Shown: positions 9,292 to 18,783, counted from the first letter of the stretch. The stretch is 32,000 bases of DNA from Candidatus Nitrospira inopinata (GCF_001458695.1 NZ_LN885086.1:2370001-2402000), one strand, 5' to 3'. The notes: generated by a model from the letters alone, not told the origin. Made by a program: numbers and translations.

Positions 9292-10611
9292 ATGGGTTCG
9301 ATGCTCTCCATGATAGATTTGAAAAAACGATTGTTCAAATTTTGGCTTGTGCGCCTCCTGATCGGTGAATTCTTTCTGTGCAGAGGTTTCTTACGCATGG
9401 CAGGAGATCAGTACAAGGGTATCTCGGACTTGTGCTGGGTGTACCGCGTGTCCGCAGTCGCTCCGCTGAAGCGGATTGCTTGGCGCACGATCAAGAGTTT
9501 TATCGAACCGTATCGTCATGGAGAGAATCCACTGAAAATCGCTTTTCTCAAGAGCACGGCAGCCGAGTCCTGCAAGAATCGATTTCTGAGCAAAGAGTCC
9601 GATTGGGCGCTTTTGTACAGAGATTTTCTCATTCTCAAAGCGCCGGCAAAGAACGAAAAGGGTGTGTTGGTGCTGGAATATACTGAGAAATTTGACTTGT
9701 TTGTCTCGCTGTTTGACCTCGAGCGCATCATGCAAGACTATTCCATCGTGCTGGAGCCCTGTTGGGCGGGGTATTGTGATCCGAGCATTTTGATGTTCTT
9801 ATCCGATCGGTCAGATGTCATCGTGCAGTGCCCGGAAGAAAGCGATTTTGAATTCATCGCCAATTTGAAGAGCAATCTTATCCCGGTTAAATTGGGTTCC
9901 TCCGATTGGATAGATGCCGATCTCTTCTCCCCGAGAGGAGCCGGGGTAGGGAAAGAGTATGACCTCATTATGGTGGCGAATTGGGGGCGCCACAAAAACC
10001 ACCGGTATCTGTTCAAGGCGCTTTCGAAGCTGAGGCATCGTACGATTTCTCTTTTATTGGTCGGGATGGATTGGGGGGGGCGGACTGATCAAGACATTAG
10101 GCATGAAATGGCGCAGTATGATCTCACCCATGTTCATGTCGACATCAAAAAGAACATCCCGGCGTTTGAAGTGGCTGCGTGTTTGGAAAAATCAAAAGTC
10201 TTTCTCCTGCTATCCGAAAAAGAAGGAAGCAACAGAGCGATTGTTGAAGCGTTGTTTTGCAACGTTCCAGTCATTCTCTATGAAAATTTCGTGGGAGGAG
10301 CGAAAAACAAAGTCAACGCGCAGACGGGAATCTTGTCTTCGTTTGAGGAACTGCATGAGAAGATCGATTATATGCTTGATCACTATCAGAACTTCACCCC
10401 TCGCTCTTGGGCGATGGCGCATACAGGATCGAGGAATGCCACAAGAATTTTGAATGATGTGCTGAGGGAAGCCGCAAAAAGAAGAGGAGAAGAGTGGACT
10501 GCCGACATCGTTGAAAAGGTCAATAACCCGAACTTTTCTTACAAGAGAAATGATGCGCTTTCGGTTGAGCAGCAAGCTGCCGCAATTACACAGTCATATC
10601 TTCGGCAATAA
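9292..10611 (+). CDS. Divergent putative glycosyltransferase, with only the C-terminal GT-B Rossmann half recognisable
   Basis: YDLIMVANWGRHKNHRYLFKAL...LLLSEKEGSNRAIVEALFCNVPVILYE looks like a group 1 GT C-terminal domain (E-x7-E). The N-terminal ~230 aa has no motif I recognise. The first ATG after the upstream stop (9264-9266) is at 9292. Confidence 0.5.
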   Translation: MGSMLSMIDLKKRLFKFWLVRLLIGEFFLCRGFLRMAGDQYKGISDLCWVYRVSAVAPLKRIAWRTIKSFIEPYRHGENPLKIAFLKSTAAESCKNRFLSKESDWALLYRDFLILKAPAKNEKGVLVLEYTEKFDLFVSLFDLERIMQDYSIVLEPCWAGYCDPSILMFLSDRSDVIVQCPEESDFEFIANLKSNLIPVKLGSSDWIDADLFSPRGAGVGKEYDLIMVANWGRHKNHRYLFKALSKLRHRTISLLLVGMDWGGRTDQDIRHEMAQYDLTHVHVDIKKNIPAFEVAACLEKSKVFLLLSEKEGSNRAIVEALFCNVPVILYENFVGGAKNKVNAQTGILSSFEELHEKIDYMLDHYQNFTPRSWAMAHTGSRNATRILNDVLREAAKRRGEEWTADIVEKVNNPNFSYKRNDALSVEQQAAAITQSYLRQ

Positions 10612-10743
10612 AACGGATCTGTCTGCTAGCGCGAGATGCGGGGTGTGTTTCTGCGCGACGTATGCCGTTCGGTTGCTCGAGGATGGAATGAAATCCATAA
10701 TATACGATGAACCGCTGAAAAATTCACAATTCGTGGGGTGCAC

Positions 10744-11736
10744 ATGCGTCGATCGTTCGCAAGTTGTTTTATGCTTGGTCTGATCCAACTTATTGGTTGT
10801 GTCGATGTATCCTCGGCGGTCAAAGCGTCTGCTCCTTCATCTGATTGCAGGAGTGCCGCGGCTGAAGATCATGAGACTGCCGTTACGGGGGGAATAGTGA
10901 AAGGACAGATCTTTCGTGATGATTTTGAATATGAGGTGGATCGATCTGCAAGCAATGCCGAGGTAACGTTTAGAGCGCATGGATGGAGTGACGTCAAAGC
11001 GAACAATTCTTATTATCAGAGAGGAGCGGGGTTCTTATTTACTCAGTTTGATTCGACGTTAGGGTCTCGCGTGCTGGTCATGGAATCGCGTCCATCAATG
11101 GCGAAGGTTCCTCCGGGGTTCGGATACGCGCAGACGGACTACTATCTCAAATATGGGAAAGGTGAGGGAGCGCTCGCATCGATTCCTCCCTGCGTTTGGA
11201 TCCAATTTTGGACCTATGCGACTCCGGAAAGCAGGTTTTCTCGCCGGGATAAGACGATCTATCCATGTCGTGGGCCCTATCCTTGTGGGCGGGGGCAACT
11301 CGGGTGGCTGTTTATGTGGGGATCGAGCGGTTTTGAATCTTCCCCTGCTCCACCCGGAGGAAGATTTCTTGCGCTGGAAGGAGAGCGCGCAGATTTCCGC
11401 GGAGACCTTGAGTATCCGACGAACGCCAGAAAACTCTTTCAGAACGTTGAGAAGATTCCGTTGCTTGCCGGACGGTGGTATCAGGTGCGACTCCATCTGG
11501 ATGTTTCTGGGGAGCAAGGAATTTATGAGGCATGGATTCGTGAGAAGGAAAAGCCCTGGAGAAAAGTTGCGGAATGGATAGGTGGTGTGACCAAGAATTT
11601 CTTGTGGCCGATTCCCGTTGAGGAACGAATCGGCTTTTCCGTTCTCGCCATGCCGACGACCGTGAATGGGCCTGGGGATTCCATCACGTATATGGACGAT
11701 TTTGTTCTCGCGGTTTCAGAGAAAGACTTGCCCTAG
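10744..11736 (+). CDS. Hypothetical secreted lipoprotein, possibly with a jelly-roll / ConA-like carbohydrate-active fold
   Basis: The signal peptide has a lipobox (MRRSFASCFMLGLIQLIGC). The long ORF has normal composition. It is Trp/Gly-rich and has no catalytic motif I can name, so the fold suggestion is only an impression. Confidence 0.55.
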   Translation: MRRSFASCFMLGLIQLIGCVDVSSAVKASAPSSDCRSAAAEDHETAVTGGIVKGQIFRDDFEYEVDRSASNAEVTFRAHGWSDVKANNSYYQRGAGFLFTQFDSTLGSRVLVMESRPSMAKVPPGFGYAQTDYYLKYGKGEGALASIPPCVWIQFWTYATPESRFSRRDKTIYPCRGPYPCGRGQLGWLFMWGSSGFESSPAPPGGRFLALEGERADFRGDLEYPTNARKLFQNVEKIPLLAGRWYQVRLHLDVSGEQGIYEAWIREKEKPWRKVAEWIGGVTKNFLWPIPVEERIGFSVLAMPTTVNGPGDSITYMDDFVLAVSEKDLP

Positions 11737-12049
11737 CGTGCAAGCTCTGTAAGCCGAGGGATTCGACTCATTTTCGTGGCAGTTGGGGAGAAAACTGCCA
11801 TCATTGTTGGAGCCTATTTGAACCAAATTATCAATGAGATGATCTTGCGCGGTGTGATCCTTCGTTTCCTTTGCATCTTCTGTCAGGCTTGGCCGGGCGG
11901 CAAAGCTTGAAAAAGGCGCTGCTCGCGGTGAAGGAAAATCCATTCTCTTTATCAGTTTCCTTCTTTTCCCGACAATGAGAGCAGAATCGTTTTATAGAGG
12001 AAAAATAATGGGTTAGACATTTGTTCAATTCCCCGGATGGCTCATTGTG

Positions 12050-12065
12050 GTGGTATCTCTCTTGC
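12050..12065 (+). promoter_or_regulatory. Candidate sigma54 (-24/-12) promoter: TGGTAT-CTCTC-TTGCT
   Basis: The GG (12051-12052) and GC (12063-12064) are spaced exactly as in the consensus TGGCAC-N5-TTGC. The element lies ~50 nt upstream of the ATG at 12116. Its core is the same as the element at 29845. Confidence 0.5.
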
Positions 12066-12115
12066 TTGTCTCTGTACGAGTGCATTTACGTGCAGAACGC
12101 TTTGGAGGTAACACC

Positions 12116-13627
12116 ATGGGCAGACATCTTCTAGTTCTAATATTTCTATTGAGCCCGTTTGTTCAGGCCATCCCGACGTGGGCGTTTGACAGCAGTGAGT
12201 ACCGCCAAAACACGTATGGCCCCCCGACTCACTATTGCGATCCAACCCGTTCGTTGACCAACAACGGCACCGGGACGTTGGCGAATCCTTGGAATCTGCT
12301 CCAATGCCAGAGCCAACCGGTTGCGGGCAACGTCGTCGGGGTCTTGCCTGGTGTCGGGGTGCCGTTGACCTCGACCGACGATGATAATGTCCCGACCTTT
12401 CTTCCGGCCAACTCCGGAACCGCCAGTCAGCCCATTGTCTATGTGACCAGGTACGCGGCGGTCGCCCTCTCCAATGTGGCCACCAATCCCAATCGGACTC
12501 AGCTTCGGCATAATGGGACGAGACCCTCTGTGAGCGGAGGCCGAGAGTATGGCACCGGCTCGCCCATGTACGGAGCCAATACTCGCAACCACATCATCTT
12601 TGACGGCTTTTATGTCGATGTGACGGAAGCATGGACCTGTGGCGACTGCGGCATGATTCGGGCGGAAAATGCGACCGGCATTCAATTTCTCAATTTTGTG
12701 CTCAAAGGCACGACGGTCAATGTGGAATCGAACCCCACCATGATTCGCACGGGCGGGACCATCAATACGGTCATCAAGAATTTCAAATTGATGGATTTTG
12801 CCAATGATTCAACCGGTTCTATGAATCCACAGCAAGGGTTTGCCTGGATCGGCTACGGCGATCGGAATTATCTCGTCTCGAATTTCGAGATTACCAATGT
12901 CCAGCGCGGGCTGTTTCCGAAAGGGACCTACGGCGGGCAATACAATTATGGGACCATTCAGTACGGTAAGTTCTCGACCATCCAGCAATGTTTCCAACTG
13001 AATGACACCCATCCGAGCGGCATGACGATCATTCAATACAATATTTGCGACGGCTACACATTGCATGCGCTGCGTATCTCCAGTGAAACGCAGGCCGCGC
13101 GCAATCTGTTGGTCCACCACAATACCTTTGTCCGTGGTGATGCGACAAATGGGAACCATGCTGGGGCGATCTATGCCAGACCCACTGGGTTTTCCGGGAC
13201 CAATGTCACAATTCGGGACAACATCTTTGACCGGAATGCCGGATCATACGGCCATATGATTAACTTGGGCGAGACCGCCACCTTGCCGAACGTGATGAAC
13301 TATAACGGGTACTACCGTCCGTCAGGGGTCTATGACTGGGCATGGAACGGCGTGGCGTACAGTTCGTTGGCATCGTGGAGAAGCACAATCGGACGTGAAG
13401 CGAACAGCCTGGTGTTGACCTCTGATCCCTTCACGAGTCGGAGCGGTGGCGATTTTCGGGTCGTGACCGGCCATGCGGCAAGGACCGCATCTTCGACGGG
13501 AGGGGAGATCGGGGCGTATGCCGACGGTGCACAGCCCGGTGTAGACCTGTCAACTAGCGGAAGCGCTCCTGGTGGTAGTGACGTCAGCCCCCCTAACGCA
13601 CCCAGTGATCTACGCATTGTCAATTAG
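12116..13627 (+). CDS. Secreted right-handed parallel beta-helix (pectin-lyase-fold) protein, a putative polysaccharide lyase, epimerase or hydrolase
   Basis: The GGAGG RBS (12105-12109) sits 6 nt before the ATG. The signal peptide is MGRHLLVLIFLLSPFVQAIPTWA. Asn/Gly-rich ~22-25-aa turns recur, with motifs such as HHNTFVRGD and IRDNIFDRNAG. The protein ends abruptly in PPNAPSDLRIVN. Confidence 0.72.
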   Translation: MGRHLLVLIFLLSPFVQAIPTWAFDSSEYRQNTYGPPTHYCDPTRSLTNNGTGTLANPWNLLQCQSQPVAGNVVGVLPGVGVPLTSTDDDNVPTFLPANSGTASQPIVYVTRYAAVALSNVATNPNRTQLRHNGTRPSVSGGREYGTGSPMYGANTRNHIIFDGFYVDVTEAWTCGDCGMIRAENATGIQFLNFVLKGTTVNVESNPTMIRTGGTINTVIKNFKLMDFANDSTGSMNPQQGFAWIGYGDRNYLVSNFEITNVQRGLFPKGTYGGQYNYGTIQYGKFSTIQQCFQLNDTHPSGMTIIQYNICDGYTLHALRISSETQAARNLLVHHNTFVRGDATNGNHAGAIYARPTGFSGTNVTIRDNIFDRNAGSYGHMINLGETATLPNVMNYNGYYRPSGVYDWAWNGVAYSSLASWRSTIGREANSLVLTSDPFTSRSGGDFRVVTGHAARTASSTGGEIGAYADGAQPGVDLSTSGSAPGGSDVSPPNAPSDLRIVN

Positions 13628-14029
13628 GATCCTCTTGATGTTAGCATTAACAAATGCCATCTTTATGGCGGTTTCATGGACTTGACTGAGTTGATTGGAT
13701 ACCTCCGGCTGGGTATATGAAACGCTGACTCCATGTGGGGTGAGGTCGTGCGAAAATATGCTCAGCGGGCAGGCTGGTGTGCCAAACCAATGGGGAATGC
13801 CTCTGGCTTGATATGTACACCAAGGAGCGACGTGTAACGCAAGTCTCCGTAGAAACATCTCCATAGAATCCATAGAAGAAGAGAGACCCACCCACCACGC
13901 CGAACCAAAACTCGGCGTCCGCAGACCGACAGGATCGATGAATGGCTCCCCAAGACTATGCCCAAGAAGTTCTATAAATGACCTTCCGGAAGAAAATCGA
14001 TTGGAAGCTGGAGATACTCCAAACTGACT

Positions 14030-14045
14030 TGGATGCATGGTTGCA
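14030..14045 (+). promoter_or_regulatory. Candidate sigma54 (-24/-12) promoter: TGGATG-CATGG-TTGCA
   Basis: The GG (14031-14032) and GC (14043-14044) have canonical spacing and the -12 element is TTGCA. The element contains the ATG at 14037, which argues that the ATG is not the real start of the next gene. Confidence 0.4.
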
Positions 14046-14093
14046 GAAGTAAGACGACCAGCGATCTCATCAGGACCTTGTGATGACGACAAG

Positions 14094-16154
14094 ATGCCGG
14101 CACAGATGTTCATCGAGAGCATGTCGTCGGCTGAGAAAAAACGTGTTGGCTGCCTGTACCAGGGTGGGACGCGTTGTCTGCCTGGCTCGGCCGTGAGTTC
14201 TATACATTGTTATAGACCAGAGATAGATGGACTGCGGGCTCTGGCCGTACTCCCGGTTATTTTGTTTCATGCCGGCTTTGAAACTTTTCGCGGGGGTTTT
14301 GTCGGCGTTGATATTTTTTTTGTAATCAGCGGTTATCTCATCACGGCTATTATCCTGAAAGAGCTTCAAAGCGGGGAGTTTTCGTTAATTAAGTTTTATG
14401 AGAGACGAGCACGCCGCATCCTTCCTGCATTGTTCCTTGTCATTTTCACTTGCATGCCCATCGCATGGTTCTTGTTGCTGCCGCCAAGCATGAAAAGTTT
14501 TTCGGAGAGCTTGGTAGCGGTCTCCATCTTTGCTTCTAACATTCTGTTTTGGCGCACAAGCGGTTACTTTGACCCGGCTTCTGAGCTCAAGCCATTGCTT
14601 CATACGTGGAGTTTATCAGTAGAAGAACAATTCTACATTCTCTTTCCTCTTTTCCTTCTGTTTCTATCAAAGATGAAGAGGCGTTTTATAGCTGCGCTAT
14701 TTGCCGTTGTTTTAATCATAAGCATGGGATTAGCAGAAAAAAATGTTCAGATTGCCCAAAGTGCTGCGTTTTATTTGCTTCCTACGCGCGCATGGGAACT
14801 ATTGGTCGGAGCTTGCCTTTCTTGCCTAGTACAAGACACTGGTACGGCTAGAGTTAGGGTAGGGTGGTTGAATGAGATTGTGGGGAGCGGAGGAGTTCTC
14901 CTCATTTTAATTTCTATTTTTGCATTTGATAGACAGACGCCTTTCCCACACTATGCTCTCCTTCCTACTTTAGGAACGTCGATGGTTCTTCTTTGTGCCA
15001 CAAGAGATAATAATGTTGGGAAACTTTTGGGAAATAGCCTATGGGTCGGGATCGGATTGATTAGCTATAGCGCATACTTGTGGCATCAGCCTTTGCTCGC
15101 TTTTGTCAAGTATGGGGCCGCTGGTGAGTTGCCTGATACGCCATTGCTCGTATTTGCGGTTGTGCTGTCTTTTGCACTGGCGTACTTTAGCTGGAAATAC
15201 GTTGAAGTGCCATGTCGAGTGAGAAATAACTTTTCTCGCACGGCCGTCTTTATTTGTTCTCTGGGAGGAAGTTGTTTTTTGTTAATTTTAGGGTTGCTCG
15301 GCCATTTCACCAGCGGCCATCAATGGCGGTACAGTCACCAACAAACCGTGTTTCTCGACCACTTCGATAACAGATTTCCTGATTGGAAATATGCAAAGCG
15401 TGAGAACTGGTATGCAAATTACCGGATAGAGTGTGATTTATATGACATTTCCAGAGCATGGGCCGGCAATGAAACGAGATTAAAAAGAGAGATCCCTCCT
15501 CACTGCTTTACTAGAGATAAGGAAAAATGGCCTAACGCTATTCTTATATGGGGAGATAGTCATGCTCAGCAGTTCTATTTTGGGTTGAAAGAAGTTCTTC
15601 CTTCCACGTGGCAAATACTGCAAATTGCGAGTTCCGGATGCAAACCCAGTCTTCTATTCGACGCGGAAAGTACAGACTATTGTGATAATTCCAATCAGCT
15701 CGCGATTCAAACCATCATGGAAGCGAAGCCGGAAGTGGTTCTTGTCGGTCAAGAAAAAAGTCATAATGCGGCTGTAATGAATCAAATCGCTGACGCATTG
15801 ATAGGACATGGGGTAAAAAAGGTGATATTTGTGGGGCCAAGTCCTCATTGGAGAGAAGGGGGGCTGCCGGTCATTGTGGCATTTCGATTGTGGAATAACG
15901 TTCCTCTTTATACAAAAGTTGGTTTAGATCAAAAGATATTGATTCGAGATAAAACTATTAAGGAGCAGTTCATCAACACCAGTAATGTGAAATACATAAG
16001 TCTGGTCGACTACTTTTGCGGTCCGGATGGCTGCCGCGTGTATTTGGGGAGCGATGTTCGAGAAGGAATTACGAGTTATGATTATGGCCATTTAACACCA
16101 GTAGCATCTTTGTCTTTTGCACGCGATGTGCTTAAGAGCGAGATCCTTATGTAA
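14094..16154 (+). CDS. Acyltransferase family 3 (OafA/YrhL-type) membrane O-acyltransferase with a C-terminal SGNH domain
   Basis: YRPEIDGLRALAVLPVILFHAG is the classic AT3 N-terminus. About 10 hydrophobic helices follow. The C-terminal extracytoplasmic domain carries LIWGDSHAQQF (block I) and YDYGHLT (DxxH). The start is uncertain: 14037, 14094, 14106 and 14121 are all in frame. The gene looks more AT-rich than its neighbours. Confidence 0.88.
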   Translation: MPAQMFIESMSSAEKKRVGCLYQGGTRCLPGSAVSSIHCYRPEIDGLRALAVLPVILFHAGFETFRGGFVGVDIFFVISGYLITAIILKELQSGEFSLIKFYERRARRILPALFLVIFTCMPIAWFLLLPPSMKSFSESLVAVSIFASNILFWRTSGYFDPASELKPLLHTWSLSVEEQFYILFPLFLLFLSKMKRRFIAALFAVVLIISMGLAEKNVQIAQSAAFYLLPTRAWELLVGACLSCLVQDTGTARVRVGWLNEIVGSGGVLLILISIFAFDRQTPFPHYALLPTLGTSMVLLCATRDNNVGKLLGNSLWVGIGLISYSAYLWHQPLLAFVKYGAAGELPDTPLLVFAVVLSFALAYFSWKYVEVPCRVRNNFSRTAVFICSLGGSCFLLILGLLGHFTSGHQWRYSHQQTVFLDHFDNRFPDWKYAKRENWYANYRIECDLYDISRAWAGNETRLKREIPPHCFTRDKEKWPNAILIWGDSHAQQFYFGLKEVLPSTWQILQIASSGCKPSLLFDAESTDYCDNSNQLAIQTIMEAKPEVVLVGQEKSHNAAVMNQIADALIGHGVKKVIFVGPSPHWREGGLPVIVAFRLWNNVPLYTKVGLDQKILIRDKTIKEQFINTSNVKYISLVDYFCGPDGCRVYLGSDVREGITSYDYGHLTPVASLSFARDVLKSEILM

Positions 16155-16225
16155 GTTCTCTCGCCAAGGCGACGCTCCCAAGGAGAACTTTCTGGCACAA
16201 TAGCCATCTTAGCCAGAGTGTTCTC

Positions 16226-16690
16226 ATGCACCAGTCGAAGTTCACCCCACGCAGATTGTGAGGATTCTGAAAGAAGCCGATGCCAGCCGCCCCGTCAACG
16301 ACGTCTGGCGGCAGGACGGCACTAGCCCTGCCACGCACGACAAACAAAAAACCAAGTATAGCGGACTGGCGGTGTCGTATGTGAAGTGCCTCGGGAGTTC
16401 GAGCACAACCGGTTCAAAAGCATGTACGCCGACCTCTCGAGGCGAACGCGGCCGTTAAGGGCATCATCGCAAACAGCTCTAAGACATACTGAACAGTGGG
16501 AGGTCGTCATGTATCTCGTGATCATGCAAGGTCTCTGGTTCAGCGGCTTACCATGCGGTCAGGTGTGAAGCGGTTTCCACTACTACCAGACGGCTGCTCG
16601 ATGGGAAGCCCTCGAACCACACGTGATCGGGTGAGTGTATTGTCGGTTCAGCTTGAACCTGGCCGCCTGTTGATTTCCTGAGAGATACGC
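16226..16690 (+). mobile_element. Decayed IS3-family (IS407/IS2-like) transposase OrfA remnant, with multiple frameshifts and no OrfB/DDE part
   Basis: Pieces spread over three frames resemble OrfA. They are MHQSKFTP / QIVRILKEADASRPVNDVWRQDGTSPAT..KTKYSGLAVSYVK / REFEHNRFKSMYADLS / ..RHVSRDHARSLVQRLTMRSGVKRF. For comparison, IS407-type OrfA reads ..FT.EQI..ILKEAEAG.PV.ELCRKHGIS.ATFY.W..KYGGM.VSE.KRLK.LE.EN.RLK...AD..L. No intact ORF or terminal inverted repeat was identified. Confidence 0.55.
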
Positions 16691-16899
16691 TCTAGAGCGA
16701 GAGGCGATTCCGGACTCTCAATTGGCTTGATGAAGGGGTACGAGAAGGCTTGACGATAGAAGTTGATGTCTCTTTTACTTTGTGCGTGAACTTGTGTAAG
16801 AACAAACATGTGTTACAGTTGTGAACCGTAACCTACTTGAAAATCAGAAAATTAGCCGCATCGCTGAACTGGTTTGGGAAACGATGAGGAGCGTGAATC

Positions 16900-18756
16900 A
16901 TGGAATCTCATAAATACATTCTCGGCATCTCGGCCTATTACCACGATAGTGCCGCCTGTTTGGTGCGGGACGGCGAGATCGTCGCGGCGGCACAGGAAGA
17001 GCGGTTTACACGAAAGAAACACGATCCGGGGTTTCCGCATAAAGCACTGGACTATTGCTTGAGAGAGGCCGGGATCACGTTGCATCAGGTGCGGGCGGTG
17101 ACGTTTTATGACAAGCCGCTCGTGAAATTTGAGCGGCTGCTGGAGACCTATTTGGCCTTTGCCCCCAGAGGGATTCGGTCGTTTCTTGCGGCGATGCCCG
17201 TGTGGCTGAAAGAGAAGCTGTTTCTCAAGACTTTGTTGCAAAAGGAGTTGTTGGTTCATGAGGAGGGTTTGGCGAAGGCCGAGCTTCCCCCGTTGCTCTT
17301 CTCCGAGCATCATGAATCGCACGCGGCCTCGGCGTTCTTTCCGTCGCCCTTTGAGAAAGCGGTGGTTTTGTGTATGGACGGCGTGGGGGAGTGGGCGACG
17401 ACGTCGGCCTGGCTGGGTGAAGGCAATCGTTTGACTCCTTTGTGGGAGATCCCCTTCCCCCACTCACTCGGTCTGCTCTATTCGGCCTTTACCTATTACA
17501 CGGGCTTTAAGGTGAACTCCGGTGAGTATAAGGTGATGGGGCTGGCGCCGTATGGGGAGCCCAAGTACGTCAAGGCGATTTACGACCATTTGATGGATCT
17601 GAAGCCGGACGGGACCTTCCGGATGAACATGCAGTATTTCGACTACTGCACCGGACTTACGATGACCAATCAAAAGTTCGATGACATCTTCGGCGGTCCG
17701 CCGCGAAAACCTGAGAGTAAGTTGACGCAGCGGGAAATGGATTTGGCTCGCTCCATCCAAGAAGTCACCGAGGAGGTGATGTTGCGGTTGTCTCGCACCC
17801 TTCATCGGGAAACGGGTGTAGACAATTTGTGTCTGGCCGGCGGGGTGGCGCTCAACTGTGTCGGCAACGGCCGCATCTTGCGAGAAGGACCCTTCAAAGG
17901 GCTCTGGATTCAACCTGCCGCCGGCGATGCCGGAGGAGCAATAGGAGCCGCCCTGACGACGTGGTACCAGTACGAAGGAAAGCCGCGCTCAAGCGACGGT
18001 ATTCAGGACAAGATGCACGGCAGCTATCTGGGCCCTCGATTCACCAACGAGGAGATCGAACGCTATCTAAAAGAACAGGCCATCCCCTATGTCCGATTGA
18101 GCGACAATGTGTTGGTCGAGCGGGTGGCTCAAGAATTGGCGGCGGGGAAAGTGGTGGGCTGGTTCCAGGGACGGATGGAGTTTGGGCCTCGGGCCTTGGG
18201 CGGGCGGAGCATCCTGGGGGATGCGAGAAATACCACTATGCAGTCGGTGATGAATTTGAAAATTAAATATCGTGAATCATTTAGGCCTTTCGCCCCGTCG
18301 GTCTTGCGGGAACGAGTTGCGGAGTATTTTGACATGGATACCGACAGCCCTTATATGTTGTTGGTGGCGCCGGTCAGGGAGAAACGACGGATTCCCAAGT
18401 CAGCCGCACATGGGGACTTGTGGGGGATTGACCTTCTCAATGTGCCGCGGTCCGACATTCCGGCCGTGACGCACCTGGATTATTCGGCGCGGATTCAAAC
18501 CGTGCATGCCCGAACCAATCCCCGCTATTATGCCTTGCTCCAGGCCTTTGAAAAGCAGACCGGTTGCGCCGTGCTCGTGAATACCTCGTTCAATGTGCGG
18601 GGCGAGCCGATCGTGGGGTCGCCTCAGGATGCCTTTCGCTGTTTCATGCGGACCGAGATGGATGTGTTGGTCCTCGAGAACTGCGTGTTACTGAAGACGG
18701 AACAGAAGCCGCTGGAGGGAGATACCGATTGGAAAAAGGAATTCGAACTCGATTAG
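16900..18756 (+). CDS. Carbamoyltransferase (NodU/CmcH family)
   Basis: The N-terminus YILGISAYYHDSAACLVRDGEIVAAAQEERFTRKKHD is the family hallmark. LAGGVALNC and a C-terminal carbamoyltransferase domain (GRMEFGPRALGGRSILGD, LVNTSFNVRGEPIV) are also present. The protein is 618 aa. Confidence 0.93.
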   Translation: MESHKYILGISAYYHDSAACLVRDGEIVAAAQEERFTRKKHDPGFPHKALDYCLREAGITLHQVRAVTFYDKPLVKFERLLETYLAFAPRGIRSFLAAMPVWLKEKLFLKTLLQKELLVHEEGLAKAELPPLLFSEHHESHAASAFFPSPFEKAVVLCMDGVGEWATTSAWLGEGNRLTPLWEIPFPHSLGLLYSAFTYYTGFKVNSGEYKVMGLAPYGEPKYVKAIYDHLMDLKPDGTFRMNMQYFDYCTGLTMTNQKFDDIFGGPPRKPESKLTQREMDLARSIQEVTEEVMLRLSRTLHRETGVDNLCLAGGVALNCVGNGRILREGPFKGLWIQPAAGDAGGAIGAALTTWYQYEGKPRSSDGIQDKMHGSYLGPRFTNEEIERYLKEQAIPYVRLSDNVLVERVAQELAAGKVVGWFQGRMEFGPRALGGRSILGDARNTTMQSVMNLKIKYRESFRPFAPSVLRERVAEYFDMDTDSPYMLLVAPVREKRRIPKSAAHGDLWGIDLLNVPRSDIPAVTHLDYSARIQTVHARTNPRYYALLQAFEKQTGCAVLVNTSFNVRGEPIVGSPQDAFRCFMRTEMDVLVLENCVLLKTEQKPLEGDTDWKKEFELD

Positions 18757-18783
18757 AGCGAGTCGAAGAGAGAGGGTTGCCGT

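Noticed and set aside
11778-11799. A 7-bp hairpin GGCAGTT-N8-AACTGCC downstream of the lipoprotein gene as a terminator.
   Set aside because: The stem is short and no T-tract follows, so it is not convincing as an intrinsic terminator.
14037-14093. The ATG at 14037 as the start of the AT3 acyltransferase.
   Set aside because: This ATG lies within the candidate -24/-12 element. The encoded extra residues (MVAEVRRPAISSGPCDDDK) are not typical of AT3 N-termini. I prefer the downstream in-frame ATGs at 14094, 14106 and 14121, but the choice is unresolved.
13610-14122. A 170-aa minus-strand ORF fills the gap between the beta-helix gene and the AT3 gene.
   Set aside because: It has no recognisable motif, signal or RBS. 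Two other minus-strand frames are also open across the same DNA (13674-13898 and 13762-13965), which points to compositional rather than coding openness. Its start would overlap the AT3 5' region. I treat it as non-coding or decayed sequence, though BLASTP or RNA-seq could overturn this.
16258-16681. Three 60-66-aa + strand ORFs (16258-16458, 16386-16568 and 16496-16681) as separate small genes.
   Set aside because: Read together, they are consecutive frameshifted pieces of one IS3-family OrfA, so I annotate them as a single decayed mobile-element remnant.
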